Shown here piece by piece: positions 61,102 to 64,000 of a stretch of 64,000 bases of DNA. A program made the translations under genes and the position numbers. Positions within the stretch are counted from its first letter, which is position 1; the number at the start of each line of letters is the position of its first letter. Location: IMG/VR virus record IMGVR_UViG_3300031539_000013. One strand, given 5' to 3'. Source of the DNA: a virus. Below the pieces are notes generated by a model. That model made no database searches, was not told the DNA's origin, and was given only the letters and a program-made list of their open reading frames with translations.

Positions 61102-61425
61102 TTACTTCATTCCTAACTTCTCTTTACCTTTTTTGATAAGATGATACCAGGCTGCATTATTCAAGTACCCTATCAATGCTGCTGCTATTAAATCCATAGG
61201 TAATGATTTAATTAATGGGATGTTTTCGATTATGGTATTATCAAACTCCGATTTTGAAGCTATCACCATTAGGATAAACATAAATATAAAGGATACAAAA
61301 ACTTCCGCAATGTTATCCTTAATCCAGAAAGAAAGGGACGGTGCAGTTTTTTTGTCTTTCTTATTTATGAATTTGACAAGGAAACTTGCTGTAATACCCA
61401 AAAGGGCTAATACCCATGCTAACAT
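61102..61425 (-). CDS. three-TM small membrane protein (holin-like topology)
   Basis: 107 aa with three hydrophobic segments and a basic C terminus. Confidence 0.45.
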   Translation of the reverse strand: MLAWVLALLGITASFLVKFINKKDKKTAPSLSFWIKDNIAEVFVSFIFMFILMVIASKSEFDNTIIENIPLIKSLPMDLIAAALIGYLNNAAWYHLIKKGKEKLGMK

Positions 61426-61489
61426 AATAACCTCCTATTTTTAATTTTAACTATTTTTAAATCTTCTACCATTTATATTGTTCCAAATC

Positions 61490-63154
61490 TCATTCTATTA
61501 TTATATTACCTGATCCATTTGTTATTATATATCCACCTGAGGATATTGGTGATGTGGCATGAGTGTCTATCTGTATATTTGTACCATAACCTGTGCCTGC
61601 AACGCTCCCTGTTGCATAAGCCCTTACGTAGTATGTAGTATTAGCTTCAAGTATCAGAGTGCAGGAGAAAGCACCTGTGCCACTTGCTGAAGGAACTATA
61701 TTATCTCCGGTAGTAGGATTAACAGAAGTATCGAAACATATTCCACGAGCACTAACCGTCCCCCCTCCGTCATCCGTTACATTACCTGCTACTACTGCCC
61801 TCACTGATGCGTAAGAAGTCAAGGCAGTTGTTACCTGTGGTAACTCTGGGGGTGATGGTTCTGCTGCATCATAAGCAAAAGCACCTAAATCTGGAGGATC
61901 ATTATGATAAAGGCTGTCACCGTCATACGTTAATCCTACTCCAATGCCTGCACCGATTAAATCACTTCCGGTATCTATATGCAAAAAAGTTAAAACAGGC
62001 AATCCCCCCCATGCTGTCCTTGCCCCTGAAAGCCCAGCACTATCTACTGAAATAAAATCAGCATCAGAAAGAGTCACCCCCGGAGGTGTGTTCCATGAGT
62101 TATATGAAGCAGTCTCCTGATTCCAAAGTGATCGCATCTGATAAGTTACATTATCATAAGCAATGTTATTCTTATATATCATTTCATGGTCAGGATAAAC
62201 AGAACCATTAGAAGGCACGTAAAATCCAGCCCATCCATTCTTATAAGCAATACAATTATATGTTTCAAAATTATGATTAAGAGTCGCTGAATTTTCATGG
62301 AAGCCGGTAGCCTTGTTATAGGCAGATACACAATTTATTAATCTCCTTTCAACATAATTAATATCAACTGTATTACCTGTTAGATATTTGAATCCATTGC
62401 CGTCTCCACCTGCTAACTTGCCATTATCCCATGCCCAACATCTGTCATAAATAATCAATCCCTCATTATCAGAATCCCAACCATCATCTCCATTGCTCCA
62501 TGCTCTGCAACCATAGTAATATGTATAAGCATCTGTAACTCCAGCCTGAGGCCATGAATTAAATCCATCTGATGTCTCTCCGGGGCTGTGATTTAGAGAA
62601 TCTACGTTATTATATGAATCACAATTATAATATCGTATTGAATCAGATAAATAACATTGAAATCCATGCCCTTCAACATTATGAACCACACACTGAGTAT
62701 GAGTTATGTTATTACAGCTATTTTGATATATCCCTCTTACGTTATCATCTGTTACACCTTGAGATACATTCCTAACCGTAATCCCTTTAATATGCCAATA
62801 GTCAGAGAAAGTAAATCTTATACCATAATTGGTTGTACCAGTTCTTATTAGATTAGTCCCGTCAATTACAGGTGTGTTGCCGGGATAAGCAAAAATACAA
62901 ATATCATTTCCATAAGTGCCATCAACATTACCAACTTCGATCCACGCCGTAGGATACCATGTGCCTGTTAATAAAAACAATGAATCTCCCGCCTCATCTA
63001 ATTGATCTATACCATGCTGAATAGTAAGAAAAGCATTAGCTGTATCTGCTCCCGAATCACCATCATTACCTGTAATGGCAGAAACATAATAGGTATCTTG
63101 ACCAAAAAGGCTAAAGCATAAGAACAATAACGGTATTATTAGTAGTTTTTTCAT
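61490..63154 (-). CDS. secreted right-handed beta-helix (pectate-lyase-fold) protein with a C-terminal FN3-like domain; candidate polysaccharide depolymerase
   Basis: Signal peptide MKKLLIIPLLFLCFSLFGQ. Repeating ...I.N..V.N..G.GF... coils (ITVRNVSQG, CVVHNVEGHGF, YNCDSYNN, NCIAYKNGWAGF). C-terminal TTYYVRAYATG. Confidence 0.65.
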   Translation of the reverse strand: MKKLLIIPLLFLCFSLFGQDTYYVSAITGNDGDSGADTANAFLTIQHGIDQLDEAGDSLFLLTGTWYPTAWIEVGNVDGTYGNDICIFAYPGNTPVIDGTNLIRTGTTNYGIRFTFSDYWHIKGITVRNVSQGVTDDNVRGIYQNSCNNITHTQCVVHNVEGHGFQCYLSDSIRYYNCDSYNNVDSLNHSPGETSDGFNSWPQAGVTDAYTYYYGCRAWSNGDDGWDSDNEGLIIYDRCWAWDNGKLAGGDGNGFKYLTGNTVDINYVERRLINCVSAYNKATGFHENSATLNHNFETYNCIAYKNGWAGFYVPSNGSVYPDHEMIYKNNIAYDNVTYQMRSLWNQETASYNSWNTPPGVTLSDADFISVDSAGLSGARTAWGGLPVLTFLHIDTGSDLIGAGIGVGLTYDGDSLYHNDPPDLGAFAYDAAEPSPPELPQVTTALTSYASVRAVVAGNVTDDGGGTVSARGICFDTSVNPTTGDNIVPSASGTGAFSCTLILEANTTYYVRAYATGSVAGTGYGTNIQIDTHATSPISSGGYIITNGSGNIIIE

Positions 63155-63651
63155 AGTTTTTCCATTAATGATACATTGTCAATAGTAAATGTGGCGGTTG
63201 ATGCTGTGTATGCCCTAATACCAAAACCACCATCACTGACATCAGCACCAGTTTCAAATTCAAAATTAGCGTGCCCATTGGAATATGATGTCTGTGCTAC
63301 ATATACGATTGTCCCATCTTGATTTTGAAACTTGATTGATGCCGTTCCACCACCCCCAATAACAATATCAAACTCAAGTTTATAGGTTGTATATACAGCC
63401 ATAACAGAAACCATAGTGATGTCGGGCTGAGACATAGTGCTGTTTGCTAAATCATCATAAGTAGCAACCTCGCCTCCAATCAACCAACTTGTTCCCTCTG
63501 TCCAATTAGTATTATCGGGAAAATCACCGTCAGTTATCTTCTCGGCGCCATAAGCCGCAGCATTACTCCCTGCAATAATACCCGGATATTGCCCCTGACA
63601 AAGCGCAAAGGCAAAAACTAAACTAAATATTAAAAGTAGTAATCGTTTCAT
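63151..63651 (-). CDS. secreted/lipoprotein-like protein, possible carbohydrate-binding module
   Basis: MKRLLLLIFSLVFAFALCQGQ (signal with a lipobox-like ALC). Start moved to the ATG that overlaps the upstream TGA. Beta-rich 160-aa body. Confidence 0.5.
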   Translation of the reverse strand: MKRLLLLIFSLVFAFALCQGQYPGIIAGSNAAAYGAEKITDGDFPDNTNWTEGTSWLIGGEVATYDDLANSTMSQPDITMVSVMAVYTTYKLEFDIVIGGGGTASIKFQNQDGTIVYVAQTSYSNGHANFEFETGADVSDGGFGIRAYTASTATFTIDNVSLMEKL

Positions 63652-64000
63652 TGCTGTAAGTTTCCGTAAAGTTGCCAATGATTAGTACCTCGTTTATACA
63701 GAGCTGCCCAAGCATTAATACCATCCGTAGCAACTGAATCTTTAAGACTTTCAATATGTACTCCTGCCCCTTCTTTAAAAACTATTACTCCTGCCCCTCC
63801 TTGAATGAAATTAATGGTTGTTCTGATAGGAAATGCAACATCACTATTAGGAGGTACAGTAAGCGATACAGACGTTGCCTTAGTACATGGAATAGTATTA
63901 CCGGCATCTGTAAGGATAAGGGTATAAGCATCAGTCACGTTTGCTGTTGTATCAGGTAATAGTTTGACATAAAGAGTTGAGCCGACAATGGCAGCAGCAC
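63648..64000 (-). CDS. hypothetical protein; 5' end probably beyond the window
   Basis: The track start at 63938 is a GTG. The same frame stays open to nt 64000 (...AAAIVGSTLYVKLLPDTTAN-VTDAYTL...). Confidence 0.5.
   Translation of the reverse strand, partial: AAAIVGSTLYVKLLPDTTANVTDAYTLILTDAGNTIPCTKATSVSLTVPPNSDVAFPIRTTINFIQGGAGVIVFKEGAGVHIESLKDSVATDGINAWAALYKRGTNHWQLYGNLQQ

Noticed and set aside
1-64000. Integrase, attachment sites or other lysogeny module; host chromosomal flanks
   Set aside because: I found no tyrosine or serine recombinase motifs in any ORF. Only a small excisionase-like HTH (32081-32242) is present. The lifestyle cannot be decided from this window.

Overview
The whole window looks like tailed dsDNA phage or prophage DNA, about 95% coding, with no rRNA, tRNA or CRISPR array that I could find. 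TAnnTTTG/TTTG promoter-like boxes, Fib_succ_major, DUF1566 and DUF3127-type domains and many FN3 modules point to a Bacteroidota-type host; this is an inference.

Layout:
- 1-37375, minus strand. Read in the direction of transcription it runs regulators and small genes, a C5 methyltransferase, a radical-SAM gene, a Dam methyltransferase, a roughly 6.6 kb glycan-biosynthesis cluster, terL, portal, scaffold and major capsid. After these come a terminator and then a tail, fibre and adhesin module rich in FN3 domains.
- 37376-37887. A divergent control region.
- 37888-43105. Mostly plus-strand small genes ending in a lysis cassette, with a short minus-strand island at 38584-39548.
- 43110-64000, minus strand. 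Fibre-like genes, many small ORFs and a replication and recombination module: T7 gp4-like primase-helicase, DEDDh exonuclease, YqaJ-like exonuclease, RecT-like annealase, RusA, a minimal Pol X-like protein, a DUF3127 OB-fold protein and GroES-like proteins. A membrane-protein cluster and secreted beta-helix and carbohydrate-binding-like proteins follow.

Main candidates for novelty:
- A nucleotide-sugar and glycosyltransferase cluster translationally chained to terL.
- A dcm-type gene that is open in two same-strand frames, with methyltransferase-like motifs in both.
- An orphan radical-SAM enzyme.
- A roughly 200-aa Pol X-like protein.

All functional calls rest on motifs I read in the translations plus synteny. 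No database search was run. The ORF track translates TTG and GTG starts as M, so I re-set several starts to downstream ATGs that give stop/start coupling.
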